The notes beneath the pieces are model-generated. The model did not search any database and was not told the DNA's origin. It saw only the letters and a list, made by a program, of their open reading frames with translations. A program made the translations under genes and the position numbers. DNA of 64,000 nt, from contig OZ242383.1 of the NCBI GenBank assembly GCA_965209155.1, positions 96,001 through 160,000 of the forward strand, read 5' to 3'. The DNA comes from a bacterium. Its GTDB lineage: Bacteria; SAR324; NAC60-12. This document shows positions 50,802-61,210 of this stretch, piece by piece (position 1 is the first letter of the stretch; the number at the start of each line of letters is the position of its first letter).

Positions 50802-52046
50802 TTGGCCAGTCCTGAAAAAAAATCACTTTTTACAAGTTCGGAAAAAAAGGGCATCTATAGCCTGAGTTGCATCTTATTTTTCAGGATGTTTGGGCTTTTT
50901 TTAGTGATTCCCGTCTTCAGCCTGCTGGCCTTGGACTTGAAAGGCGCCACTCCATTACTGATTGGAGTGGCACTGGGGGCTTATGCGCTGACGCAGGCTT
51001 TTTTACAGATTCCCTTCGGTATCTGGAGTGATCGAATAGGCAGGAAACCCGTAATTGCCTTGGGGCTCGGATTATTTATTCTGGGAAGCGCCATGGGCGT
51101 GGTGGTCGAAGACATCTATTGGATGATAGTCGCGCGATTGCTCCAGGGGGCCGGGGCAATCAGCAGCACCATGTTCGCCCTGATCGCCGATTTGACGCGT
51201 CCGGAAGTCCGCGCGCGAGCCAATGCGGGGTTAGGCGCAAGCGTGGGTCTGGCTTTTGGCGTTGCATTTTTAGTCGCCCCTGTTTTGGGAGGATGGATGG
51301 GATTGACCGGCATTTTTACACTGATCACCGTGATGGCTCTCACCAGCCTGGTCATTTTAGTCTGTTGGGTGCCCCAACCTCAGCAAAAAGTCGTCGTTTC
51401 GGAATCGATGTGGTCCAGGATCAAAACAGTGTTAGGGATGCCCGTGCTTTTGAAGATCGATTTCGGCGCTTTCATCACCACCGTGGGATTGTCTTCCATT
51501 TTCTTTATCACCCCGTTGGTTTTATACGAACATGGTTTTGCAAAAACGGATCTGTGGAAAGTTTATCTTCCCATGCTGCTGCTTGGAGGCATAGCCATGT
51601 TCACCTCGACGATTTACGCGGAAACGCGAAATCGTTATCGAGCCGTGATGATGGCAGGCGCTGGATTGCTGTTGATTTCATTTTTACTGTTTTGGGCAGG
51701 AAAAGAATGGAATGCCGTGCCGCTTTACCTGGCAGCCTTGTTTTCATTTTTCATGGGATTCAATGTGTTTGAGCCAATCTTTCCGAGCTTATTGACTCGT
51801 ATGACGACTCCCCAAACCAAAGGAACCGCCAGTGGCATTTACAGTTTTTCCCATTTTATGGGCAATTTTGCAGGAGCCGTTTTAGCAGGATTGTGGTACC
51901 GTGAGCACCATTCCTGGCTTTTTTTATTACTGGTGAGCATGGTCGCTTTATTTTTTTATTTCCTTCTGAATTTTCCCAATCCGGAGAAACGGGAAACTTT
52001 TTTGAAATCCGCAGAGCAAAAAGTTGCTGCTTCCAATTGCAGGTGA
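50802..52046 (+). CDS. MFS transporter (YajR-like)
   Basis: RMFGLF, SDRIGRKPVI, ARLLQGAGAI. Confidence 0.88.
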   Translation: MASPEKKSLFTSSEKKGIYSLSCILFFRMFGLFLVIPVFSLLALDLKGATPLLIGVALGAYALTQAFLQIPFGIWSDRIGRKPVIALGLGLFILGSAMGVVVEDIYWMIVARLLQGAGAISSTMFALIADLTRPEVRARANAGLGASVGLAFGVAFLVAPVLGGWMGLTGIFTLITVMALTSLVILVCWVPQPQQKVVVSESMWSRIKTVLGMPVLLKIDFGAFITTVGLSSIFFITPLVLYEHGFAKTDLWKVYLPMLLLGGIAMFTSTIYAETRNRYRAVMMAGAGLLLISFLLFWAGKEWNAVPLYLAALFSFFMGFNVFEPIFPSLLTRMTTPQTKGTASGIYSFSHFMGNFAGAVLAGLWYREHHSWLFLLLVSMVALFFYFLLNFPNPEKRETFLKSAEQKVAASNCR

Positions 52047-52262
52047 TTTTTCCAAAAACCATAATGGAATCTACATATCTTAGAGAAACCTTGTCATTTC
52101 TGCGAAAGCAGGAATCCTGAAGCATGCAGCCAGCCAGAAATCCGGATCCCCGCTCCCTGTTCCCTGCTTTCGCAGGGACAAGTTTAGCGGGAACAAGCTT
52201 CGCGCGGATGGCATAGACAACAGGATACTCCTATTACGTGAACCAGGAGTTGAAATTTAATT

Positions 52263-52824
52263 AATCTCATTAAACCACCAGCTCTGCTGGTGCGAACCTA
52301 ATAGGCTTTGCCGGTCAGACATGAGAAACGTATCCGTGTCCGTTAGCCGTGCTCGTGCTCGTGAACGGTCAGTGAATTCGACGGCACATTTTGGTTAACA
52401 TAGAAACAATGCGATGAAGTAACTGTTTCCCTTCGTCAAATAAAGGAGGCTGGATGATCTTCAACACGTTTAAAACATCGAGAATAGCAACGCATTCCAT
52501 TGCGGAACCTCGGGCCAATGCATAGAATCGTTGCTTGTCAGGAAAGGAATTTTGTCCACAGCCTTCTGCGATATTGAGAGGAATCGACCATGAGGCCCTT
52601 TTCAGTTGGTCAACTAAGGCTGAGTATTCTTTTGGCAATGTTTCGATGACTTGGACAGGTAACGCTAAAAATTCGATGGAACATTGGTATACATCGAGTT
52701 TTTCATGATCTAACATGGCAGCCTTTTTCGTTCACGAGCACGAGCACGTCTTACGATGACGAACACGTTTTGCCCCCATCCTGGGGGCCTCTTCAAGCCA
52801 CCGGCTCTGCCGGTGGTGATGACT
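52263..52824 (-). mobile_element. IVP element copy 8
   Basis: 562 bp after TAATT. Confidence 0.92.
52369..52716 (-). CDS. Four helix bundle protein
   Basis: As 41993 with several substitutions. Confidence 0.85.
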   Translation of the reverse strand: MLDHEKLDVYQCSIEFLALPVQVIETLPKEYSALVDQLKRASWSIPLNIAEGCGQNSFPDKQRFYALARGSAMECVAILDVLNVLKIIQPPLFDEGKQLLHRIVSMLTKMCRRIH

Positions 52825-53020
52825 TATAAAATCAATAATTTTGATTATGATGTGTCATGCTGGTCCCGGATCAAGCCGGGATGATCCGGCATCCAAAATA
52901 TCGCCCGTTTCCCCTGGATCCTGGTCAAGCCAGGAATGACACGTTTTTCAACCCCTGATTCCCATTCCTATTATTGAAGATTTAACTCGAACTCAGGTTA
53001 AATACCAAAAGAGGTTTACT

Positions 53021-53821
53021 TCAGTGAGTATTTTGTTTCCCATATGAATACTCCATCCTGCCACCGGTTATGGGAAAGGTTTCACTGTTGATAAAGCCGG
53101 CTTGATTCGAACACAAAAAAGTGACCAAGGCCGAAACGTCACCGGCATTCCCCAATCTTCGTAATGGTACCTGTTTCGCATAATCGGCCAGCTCATCTTC
53201 ACTGGAACTGTCAGCCAGTGTTTCAGTTTTTATAAATCCAGGCGCAATTGCATTAACAGTTATTCCAAAAGGGCCCAGCTCTTTTGCAGCCGACTTAGTC
53301 AAACCAATCAAACCTGCTTTCGCAGCCGCATAATGTGAGGCTCCCAAGCCAGAACCAACAAAACCATGAATGGACGAAGTGTTGATGATTCTTCCCCATT
53401 TGTTCTTGATCATGTGACGCGCAACAAACTTTGTACAAATGAAGGAACCCGTTAATGCAACGGACAACATTTCATTCCAGTCTTCCAGGTTCAAACAATC
53501 AATCTTGAATTGAGGTCCAACATATTGAGATCCCGTTAAACTCGCGTTGTTGATAAAAATGTCAATTCTTTCCCGTTCTGCCACAATTTTTTCAACCATT
53601 TGATTCACTTCATTTTCGTTGGTCACGTCCAACTTCTCAGAAAAAGCCAGCCATCCTTTATCGTTGATTTGGTTTACCGCTTGTTTCAACGGTTCTGTAA
53701 TCTCCTTATCGGTCAAGTAAACGACAGCGCCTTCGCCCGCTAATGACAAAGCTTCTGCTTTTCCAATTCCGCGACTGGCTCCGGTTATCAAAGCGATTTT
53801 ATTTTTTAAACCAAGATCCAT
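53021..53821 (-). CDS. SDR oxidoreductase (FabG-like)
   Basis: TGASRGIG, NNA, YAAAK. Confidence 0.9.
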   Translation of the reverse strand: MDLGLKNKIALITGASRGIGKAEALSLAGEGAVVYLTDKEITEPLKQAVNQINDKGWLAFSEKLDVTNENEVNQMVEKIVAERERIDIFINNASLTGSQYVGPQFKIDCLNLEDWNEMLSVALTGSFICTKFVARHMIKNKWGRIINTSSIHGFVGSGLGASHYAAAKAGLIGLTKSAAKELGPFGITVNAIAPGFIKTETLADSSSEDELADYAKQVPLRRLGNAGDVSALVTFLCSNQAGFINSETFPITGGRMEYSYGKQNTH

Positions 53822-53828
53822 GAATCAT

Positions 53829-55208
53829 TCAGACGATTTTAATATTCTTCAGATCGATTAAACGGTCTTGCCTTGCCCTGAATTCGATGTTTTTGTTATA
53901 AACCCAAACATCTTTTGCATGATAAACAGGAATTCTTGATTGTATATTCAACAGGTTCTCTTGAATATTTTGATATGCGGAAAAGCGTTCCTTCTCATCA
54001 GTGATCCTTTTTACCTTGTCAATACTTTTGAATAAATTTTTATTAATAAGATTTTCTCGATTATCACTCAAAAAGTTGGATTTCAGGTTGTAGTCCGGAT
54101 CAAGGGTAATTTCGGACCAGCCATTGATAAACATGTCGTATTGCCCGTCACTCATGAGCGGCCATGCATCCTTCTCCGGATAGTCGAGAATATCAACGGA
54201 TATATTCAGCTTCGATAATGATTCCTTCAGGATCGTTGCGGTCTCCATGAGTTTGGGTACCGCCCCTCCAGGTAGAATCAAACTGCATTCAAAACCATTC
54301 TTATAAGCACTCAAATCCATCAGTTCTTTTGCTTTCCGTAAATTGAATTCAATACCGGGATTTTTTGTATTATACCCGAACACAGGCGGGGAGAGGACGG
54401 ATTTCGGGACCAAAGCATGCCCGAGAAATACGTCATTTATAATTTTCTCCCTGTCGATTGCAAGATTTATTGCTTTTCTGATGTTGTCGTCAAAATAGTT
54501 TTTCCGACAATTTATTGAAATAACAATGGTGTCCGGACCATTCATTTCTTCAAGGCGGAAGTCAGCGCGCAGAGTTTCAATGTATTCATGAGGGGGTTGA
54601 AAAATAAGATCGACTTTCCCTGATAAAAAACTTTCAAATCTTTGGTAAGGATCATTGCAACAGAGATAGTGGATGTGGGGAATGCAGGGCGTTCCGTCCC
54701 AATACTGATCATTTGAAATAAAATCCAAGTAATCCCCACTTTGATAGCCTGCAAATTTGTAAGGTCCCGTACCAATGGGTTCTTGATTTTCATTGACGGG
54801 AGTGAGCAAAGGCAAAATAGTAAGATTTGGAACCAGTGAGGCGTCGTATTGGCGCAATTTCAGCTGAATTTGGTTTGGGGTTATGACGTTAATGGTTTCA
54901 ATACTTTCGTATAAAAAATTCATTCTTGAACTTTTTAGTTTGTGAAAGGTGTATTCGACGGATTCGGCATCAAACGATTTTCCGTTATGAAATTCAATGT
55001 CTTTTTTTAGTTCAATTTCTAAAATAGCGTTACCTTTCCATTTCCAGCTTTTACACAACTGAGGTTTTATCACGCCGTTATAATCTCGCTTGAACAAACA
55101 ATCGTACAAATTGGAGCGCAATACAATATGCAAGGCGGTTTTGGTCGAGGAAATCGGATCCAAAGATCCCACATCCTCCCATGACAATTTCAATGATTCA
55201 TTTCTCAT
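53829..55208 (-). CDS. Family 5 (Opp/Dpp-like) solute-binding protein without signal peptide
   Basis: SLDP, FHNGKSFDAESV, PIGTGPYK, RKAINLAIDR. Confidence 0.85.
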   Translation of the reverse strand: MRNESLKLSWEDVGSLDPISSTKTALHIVLRSNLYDCLFKRDYNGVIKPQLCKSWKWKGNAILEIELKKDIEFHNGKSFDAESVEYTFHKLKSSRMNFLYESIETINVITPNQIQLKLRQYDASLVPNLTILPLLTPVNENQEPIGTGPYKFAGYQSGDYLDFISNDQYWDGTPCIPHIHYLCCNDPYQRFESFLSGKVDLIFQPPHEYIETLRADFRLEEMNGPDTIVISINCRKNYFDDNIRKAINLAIDREKIINDVFLGHALVPKSVLSPPVFGYNTKNPGIEFNLRKAKELMDLSAYKNGFECSLILPGGAVPKLMETATILKESLSKLNISVDILDYPEKDAWPLMSDGQYDMFINGWSEITLDPDYNLKSNFLSDNRENLINKNLFKSIDKVKRITDEKERFSAYQNIQENLLNIQSRIPVYHAKDVWVYNKNIEFRARQDRLIDLKNIKIV

Positions 55209-55270
55209 TTTATTATTTCCCGTAATTGTTAATCGTTCCTGTATTTAATATTTTTGCCGCATCGAGGTAG

Positions 55271-57010
55271 TTAACCGATTTTTAGATTCCGCCTCAGTTT
55301 ATCAGTCTCTTCTTGAAGCACTTTTAATTGATTCCCCCTTTTTTCAATGACGACCCCATATATTTTTCTGGCGGATCGTCTTGAAACGATTCCGTTCGCG
55401 ACATCATTGAAAACGGATTGCGTACTTCTTTCCAGAGGATTTCCGTATCCACCCCCACCCGGCAATTTGAGCGTAATAGTGGTGCCTGATTGAATTTCTA
55501 CGTCCTGCTTAGAGTTTCTGATCTTTTTTTTGTTTATCAGAAATTCACCTTTTTTGCCAGGACGCCCCCCTCTTAACCCTGCAGCAGCATACCTGGTTCT
55601 TTCGCACTTCGGACTGATGGAGTAAGGATATTTTGAATTTATTTCAAATTTTATAACTTGTCCCAAACCTCCACGATATTTTCCCGCACCACCCGAGTCA
55701 TTTATAAATTCTTTTTTTAAAAAGAAAAGAGGGGAGCGATCCTCCACAATTTCGACTGGAACGGATTGGGAACGTGCAGGAAATGCGGTGGTGGAGAGTC
55801 CGTCTTTATGGAATCGTGCGCCTGTTCCCCCGGTCCAAACCAAATGAAAATGAGAAGTGACACCGGGATCCGTAGCATAAGGTTGTATCGTCCAATCCGC
55901 GTCATAGCCTTCCGCGGTCACTTTTTCAGGGATGACATTCGCCAGGGCGCCAAATATCGTGCTTGGCAACAACTGTCCAATCGTATGTCGCGCAGCAACG
56001 GGTGCGGGGTGTACGGCATTGAGAATACAACCTTCGGGCGCAAATATTTTGAAGGGTCTGAAACTTCCTTCATTGTTGGGAAGATCAGGGGCAGTTAAGC
56101 ATTTCAGCGCAAAAATACTATAGGCATGGCTGTAATTGCTCACCACATTGATTCCGTAGAAACTTTGAGGTGAAGTTCCCGTATAGTCAACCAGAATTCC
56201 ATCCCTTTTCTTTACAGTAACTTTAACAACAATTTTTATCGGACTATCAAAACCGTCAGAAGTCAATTCATTGTAGTAAATTCCACTGGGCCAGGATTCT
56301 AAAGCGTTCCTGATTGAATTCTCAGAACGATTGATGATCTCATCCGAAATTTCGGAAAGGTCCTCCAGGGCAAATTCTTTCATGAATTTCAACAATTCAC
56401 GACCTCCGACTTCGTTTGCGGATACTTGCGCATTGAGATCCCCCAACATTTCGTCGTGGTTCCTCACATTACTTTTTATAATCGTAAAAACGTCTTCATT
56501 GGGTTTACCTGCATGAAAAAGTTTTAAAGGAGGCAACCACAAACCCTCTTCATAGACGTCTTTTGCTTCCGCAGACATCGGTCGCCCGCCAATATCCACG
56601 GAATGACAAGTATTTGCGAAAAAAGCGATCAATTGCTTTTTGTAAAAAACAGGGGTCACCATGGTGATATCGTTGAGATGTCCCGACGTTTTCCAAGGAT
56701 CGTTGGTTAAGAGAACGTCGCCATTTTCGAGATTGATTCCCGGGAATATCCTCAAGAATTCTTTCACGCAGTTGGCCGTTGAGTTTATATGTCCTGGAGT
56801 TCCCCTGATGGATTGAGCAAGCATTCTACCCTTTGCATCAAATATGGCTGCTGCAAGATCTTCGGCTTCGCTGACGACAGGGGTAAAGGAAGTTCGAACC
56901 AAGGTCGCTGCTTGTTGATTGACAACCGATATCAAGCGGTTCCAAACCACTTCAAGAAGAATTGGATCAATAGTCAGACTTTTTTTCCCCATTGACTGTT
57001 TATCGAACAT
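55271..57010 (-). CDS. Hydantoinase B / 5-oxoprolinase subunit B family
   Basis: NDPWKTSGHLND, HSVDIGG, DSGGAGKYRGG, PGGGGYG. Confidence 0.92.
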   Translation of the reverse strand: MFDKQSMGKKSLTIDPILLEVVWNRLISVVNQQAATLVRTSFTPVVSEAEDLAAAIFDAKGRMLAQSIRGTPGHINSTANCVKEFLRIFPGINLENGDVLLTNDPWKTSGHLNDITMVTPVFYKKQLIAFFANTCHSVDIGGRPMSAEAKDVYEEGLWLPPLKLFHAGKPNEDVFTIIKSNVRNHDEMLGDLNAQVSANEVGGRELLKFMKEFALEDLSEISDEIINRSENSIRNALESWPSGIYYNELTSDGFDSPIKIVVKVTVKKRDGILVDYTGTSPQSFYGINVVSNYSHAYSIFALKCLTAPDLPNNEGSFRPFKIFAPEGCILNAVHPAPVAARHTIGQLLPSTIFGALANVIPEKVTAEGYDADWTIQPYATDPGVTSHFHLVWTGGTGARFHKDGLSTTAFPARSQSVPVEIVEDRSPLFFLKKEFINDSGGAGKYRGGLGQVIKFEINSKYPYSISPKCERTRYAAAGLRGGRPGKKGEFLINKKKIRNSKQDVEIQSGTTITLKLPGGGGYGNPLERSTQSVFNDVANGIVSRRSARKIYGVVIEKRGNQLKVLQEETDKLRRNLKIG

Positions 57011-59102
57011 TGATACGTAAATTCAGTGATTCGTCCACTTCCAAGCTGGAGTGGGGGGCCATAATGGTCGTCGATTCGTTTTCCTCGATGATGGCAGGTC
57101 CTTTGATTTGATTTCCGACATCGAGTTGATAGCGATTGTAGACGGGGGTTTTGATGAATTTTTTGTATTCGTGAAAATAAGCGTTACGATATCCTTTGAG
57201 AGAAACATTTTGCTTCAACTTCGATCTACTTCTGTTGGCAGAAGCGATTTCCACGGTTGGAGTCCTGGAATAAGCAATGATTCTCCAATTTAAAACTTCA
57301 ATTTGCATATTGGAAGTCAACTTGGAATACTGTCTCAAGTATTCTTTTTTGAACAGTTCTTTGAATTTTTGATGGTTCTTTTGTTGAACCACGGCAATAG
57401 GAATGTTGACGCTTATTTCATGGGATTGTCCAATAAATCGCATATCGCAATTCAATTCGTATTCGATATTTGACTGATTTATCCCTGCTTCCAATAAAAT
57501 GATCCGTCCCTCTTGCTTCATCGTATTCAATATTGAATTTATTTTTTCCCATTTCAATTCATTCAAATTGATCCTGTAGGTGTGAACAAAGTCAAAACTC
57601 ATCGGTGTGCAAAGGAAACCAAACGCGGAAGTGACACCTGCAAAGGGTGGAATGACGACAGTGGAGATATTTAATAATTGAGCCAACTTATAAGAATGAA
57701 CGGGTCCTGCCCCTCCAAATGCGACCATGGCAAAATTACGAACGTCCTTTCCTCTTTCAGTGGTATGAATTTTAGCCGCGTTGGCCATATTCTCATTCAC
57801 AATTTGATGCACGCCCCATGCGGCATCGGTTAGACTGATTCTTAATTTTTTTGAAATATTCTCCAGAAGTGATTTTTTTGCCGCATTCAAATCGAGTTGC
57901 AGTTTTCCTCCAAGATAAAAATCCGGATTCAAATATCCCAAGATGAGATCTGCGTCGGTCACAGTGGGATCCTTTCCCCCATTGCCATAACAAACCGGAC
58001 CCGGGTCACTGCCAGCGCTTTCCGGTCCCACCTTTAACAGACCAAGTTCATTGATTCGAGCAATACTGCCACCGCCCGCACCGATCTCGATCATGTCCAC
58101 CGCCCGACCAGTTATCGGAATGCCACTTCCTTTTTTAAAACGGTACTCCCGGGCTGCCTCAAATACATTGGATGTCATAATCTGGCCGTTGTTTATTAAA
58201 CAAACCTTTGCCGTCGTGCCTCCCATATCAAAAGATAACGCATTTTTATTGAAGTTATTTTTAATGTAATACTTTGCCGCTAATGCACCAGACGCAGGGC
58301 CGGATTCCAGAATTTTAATCGGATATTTACATGCGAAATCGGGAGTACAGATACCGCCGTTCGAAAGCATCAGGTAAAATCGTCCATCGAAGTTTGATTG
58401 TTTCAACGTGTTTTCAAAACTTGTCAGATACTTCATGATGAGGGGTTGGACATAGGCATTCGCTACAGTGGTCGACATCCTTTCGAATTCTCTGATTTGA
58501 GGACTCACTCGACAGGAGAGGGAAACGTTCAGACCTGGAAGGATCCCTTTAATCCAAGATGCGATTGTTTCTTCATTGGTCGAATTGGCATAACTATGAA
58601 GGAGACAGATCGCAATCGAGTCAATCTCATTCTTTTTAATGAAATTAACTACTTTTCTCAGTTGTTTTTTAGCAGGTTTTATTAGAATGTGTCCATTGGA
58701 TAATACTCTTTCTTTGACTGGTATTCTCAATGACCGGGGTATTAAAGGAAGGGGTTTTTCAAGGTATAAATCATCCATGTCAAAACGCAGTTCTCTTGCT
58801 ATTTCCAGAATGTCCCTGAATCCCTCGGTTACGATCAATGCGGTTTTTGCTCCTTTTCGCTCGATGAGCGCGTTGCTGATCAAGGTCGTGCCATGGATTA
58901 TCTGGCGTAAATGTAAAAACTCATATCCAGCTTCACGTAAAATTTCATCTACCAGTTGAATAACGGCAATGGAGGGATCCTGATGAGTCGTTAACTTTTT
59001 ACCAACCCAGTATTTTCCGCATTCGTCATCAGTCAAGAAGACATCGGTAAATGTCCCTCCTATATCGACACCGAGCTTTAGTGATTTTTCAGTTTGCGTC
59101 AT
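57000..59102 (-). CDS. Hydantoinase A / 5-oxoprolinase subunit A family
   Basis: GVDIGGTFTD, HGTT, ESGPA, DMGGTT, GAGGGS, FGGAGP. Confidence 0.92.
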   Translation of the reverse strand: MTQTEKSLKLGVDIGGTFTDVFLTDDECGKYWVGKKLTTHQDPSIAVIQLVDEILREAGYEFLHLRQIIHGTTLISNALIERKGAKTALIVTEGFRDILEIARELRFDMDDLYLEKPLPLIPRSLRIPVKERVLSNGHILIKPAKKQLRKVVNFIKKNEIDSIAICLLHSYANSTNEETIASWIKGILPGLNVSLSCRVSPQIREFERMSTTVANAYVQPLIMKYLTSFENTLKQSNFDGRFYLMLSNGGICTPDFACKYPIKILESGPASGALAAKYYIKNNFNKNALSFDMGGTTAKVCLINNGQIMTSNVFEAAREYRFKKGSGIPITGRAVDMIEIGAGGGSIARINELGLLKVGPESAGSDPGPVCYGNGGKDPTVTDADLILGYLNPDFYLGGKLQLDLNAAKKSLLENISKKLRISLTDAAWGVHQIVNENMANAAKIHTTERGKDVRNFAMVAFGGAGPVHSYKLAQLLNISTVVIPPFAGVTSAFGFLCTPMSFDFVHTYRINLNELKWEKINSILNTMKQEGRIILLEAGINQSNIEYELNCDMRFIGQSHEISVNIPIAVVQQKNHQKFKELFKKEYLRQYSKLTSNMQIEVLNWRIIAYSRTPTVEIASANRSRSKLKQNVSLKGYRNAYFHEYKKFIKTPVYNRYQLDVGNQIKGPAIIEENESTTIMAPHSSLEVDESLNLRINVR

Positions 59103-59123
59103 GTTCCTGATCAGGTGGTAATT

Positions 59124-59282
59124 TTACTTTTCTGCAGGCGACTTGGAATGCTTTGCTTCCAGACCTCGAACTATCACGTACGCAATGAGCGTGAACACAA
59201 AGAACACCAGCAGCATCCACGCAATGCTTTGCAAGGTGCCGATGACGGTGCGGTACACCTCCAAAACCCGGTGTAAGGTTTC
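59124..59282 (-). pseudogene. C-terminal fragment of a membrane protein
   Basis: ETLHRVLEVYRTVIGTLQSIAWMLLVFFVFTLIAYVIVRGLEAKHSKSPAEK*, preceded by a stop, more GC-rich than its surroundings. Confidence 0.35.
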
Positions 59283-59600
59283 TCAGCTTCTAACATATGC
59301 TACACCATTCGGGGCGGAGTCGGTTGAGGGCTGGTTCAAGATAAAAACCGGGACGTATTGTCGCCAAATGTGTTATTCTTTGCGTGTAAAATGTATATCA
59401 TACCAACACTATCTGATCAAGGATCTACTGTCTGTTGTCAATATTTCCTCGTATACCAACCATGTCAAAAGTCCACTTTCTTGTAATTATGCGTAAAGGT
59501 TGGTTTGCTCTTCAAAGAGATAACCTGCCCTAAACCATCGGAATTTTTTTTGATTAACTATATTATTGCATTGGCCTGACGTACGCTTTAAAAAAAGCAA

Positions 59601-60485
59601 ATGCGTATTCTTCCAATGCGTGAGGAAGTGAGAGTGAAAGTGTGGACGACTACTTTGTATATTGCGGGAGGAATCGGCGGATTGATCCTCATTTTGTATC
59701 TTTTTCAGCGTCACCTCATTTATTTTCCGCGTGCATATGACTCCTCGTATGACTTGAAAAAATATGAAAATGTCGTTGAATTGGAGTACGAGACTGCAGA
59801 AGGACGTCAGGTTTCATTTTACATACCCCCCCGGCAAAAATCCAACTCACTCCCAGAGGAACTTTGGTTTGTCTTTGGAGGCAATGCCGCATTGGCTTTG
59901 GATTTTTATGATTTTGTATATCGTTATCCTAACCAAGCTGCCGGGATCTTGTTGATCGAATATCCCGGGTACGGCAAATGTGAGGGAAAAGCTTCACCTG
60001 CATCAATCCTGGCTTCGACTGAAGCCGCAATGGACCGTCTGGCGCAACATTTATCAGTTGAGCGTGGTCTCTTGAAGGAGAAACTGCATATTTTGGGACA
60101 TTCTCTGGGAAGTGGAGCAGGTTTGCAATTTGCGGTACGGCATCCTGCGCAAAAAATAATATTGATCTCCCCTTTCACCAGCCTGCAGGAAATGGCTTGT
60201 CGATCGGTTGGAAAACCCTTGTGCTATTTGCTTCGCCATCATTTCGACAATATGTCCCGTCTGTCGGAACTTGCGAAACGTGACCCCATGCCCCAAGTCC
60301 ATATCATTCACGGTACACGCGACCAGGTGATACCTGTTGCCATGGGACAATTACTGGCAAAAAATTTTTCTTCCATGGTAACTTACCTGGAAATTCCTCA
60401 TGCAGACCATAATTTTATCTTCTCACTGGCAGATGAAGAGATTTACCAGGCCATGAGCGGTTCTCAAACGCTTTCAGAGATGTAG
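59601..60485 (+). CDS. Alpha/beta hydrolase (ABHD13/YhcX-like) with N-terminal anchor
   Basis: LIYFP, FGGNA, EYPGYG, GHSLG nucleophile, HGTRD, ADHN. Confidence 0.88.
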   Translation: MRILPMREEVRVKVWTTTLYIAGGIGGLILILYLFQRHLIYFPRAYDSSYDLKKYENVVELEYETAEGRQVSFYIPPRQKSNSLPEELWFVFGGNAALALDFYDFVYRYPNQAAGILLIEYPGYGKCEGKASPASILASTEAAMDRLAQHLSVERGLLKEKLHILGHSLGSGAGLQFAVRHPAQKIILISPFTSLQEMACRSVGKPLCYLLRHHFDNMSRLSELAKRDPMPQVHIIHGTRDQVIPVAMGQLLAKNFSSMVTYLEIPHADHNFIFSLADEEIYQAMSGSQTLSEM

Positions 60486-60648
60486 GACGCATGAAAAAAA
60501 GGGAAAAAGTATTGATTTTTCAGAATGAATTATATTAAAACGTGTAAAAAACCCACTGAATCATTTCAGATTCTCATTCATTGAAAGTAAAATACTCTCA
60601 GTTATATGTGAATCAGGAGTTGAATTTTAATTTATAAAATCAATAATT

Positions 60649-61210
60649 AATCTCATTAAACCACCAGCTCTGCTGGTGCGAACCTAATAGGCTTTGCCGG
60701 TCAGACATGAGAAACGTAACCGTGTCCGTTAGCCGTGCTCGTGCTCGTGAACGGTCAGTGAATTCGACAGCACATTTTGGTTAACATAGAAACAATGCGA
60801 TGAGGTAATTGTTTCCCTTCGTCAAATAAAGGAGGCTGGATGATCTTCAACACGTTTAAAACATCGAGAATAGCAGCGCATTCCATTGCGGAACCTCGGG
60901 CAAATGCATAGAATCGTTGCTTGTCAGGAAAGGAATTTTTTCCACAGCCTTCTGCGATATTGAGAGGAATCGACCATGAGGCCCTTTTCAGTTGGTCAAC
61001 TAAGGCTGAGTATCCTTTTGGCAATGTTTCGATGACTTGGACAGATAACGCTAAAAATTCGATGGAACATTGGTATACATCGAGTTTTTCATGATCTAAC
61101 ATGGCAGCCTTTTTCGTTCACGAGCACGAGCACGTCTTACGATGACGAACACGTTTTGCCCTCATACTGGGGGCCTCTTCAAGCCACCGGCTCTGCCGGT
61201 GGTGATGACT
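60649..61210 (-). mobile_element. IVP element copy 9
   Basis: 562 bp after TAATT. Confidence 0.92.
60755..61102 (-). CDS. Four helix bundle protein
   Basis: As 41993. Confidence 0.85.
   Translation of the reverse strand: MLDHEKLDVYQCSIEFLALSVQVIETLPKGYSALVDQLKRASWSIPLNIAEGCGKNSFPDKQRFYAFARGSAMECAAILDVLNVLKIIQPPLFDEGKQLPHRIVSMLTKMCCRIH

Larger units (their letters stand above)
52236..52965. mobile_element. MITE with ends ACGTGAACCAGGAGTTGAA / TTCAACCCCTGATTCCCAT, interrupted by IVP copy 8
   Basis: Imperfect terminal inverted repeats, 7-bp duplication TCCTATT (52229-52235 and 52966-52972); second copy at 60606-61372. Confidence 0.75.
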
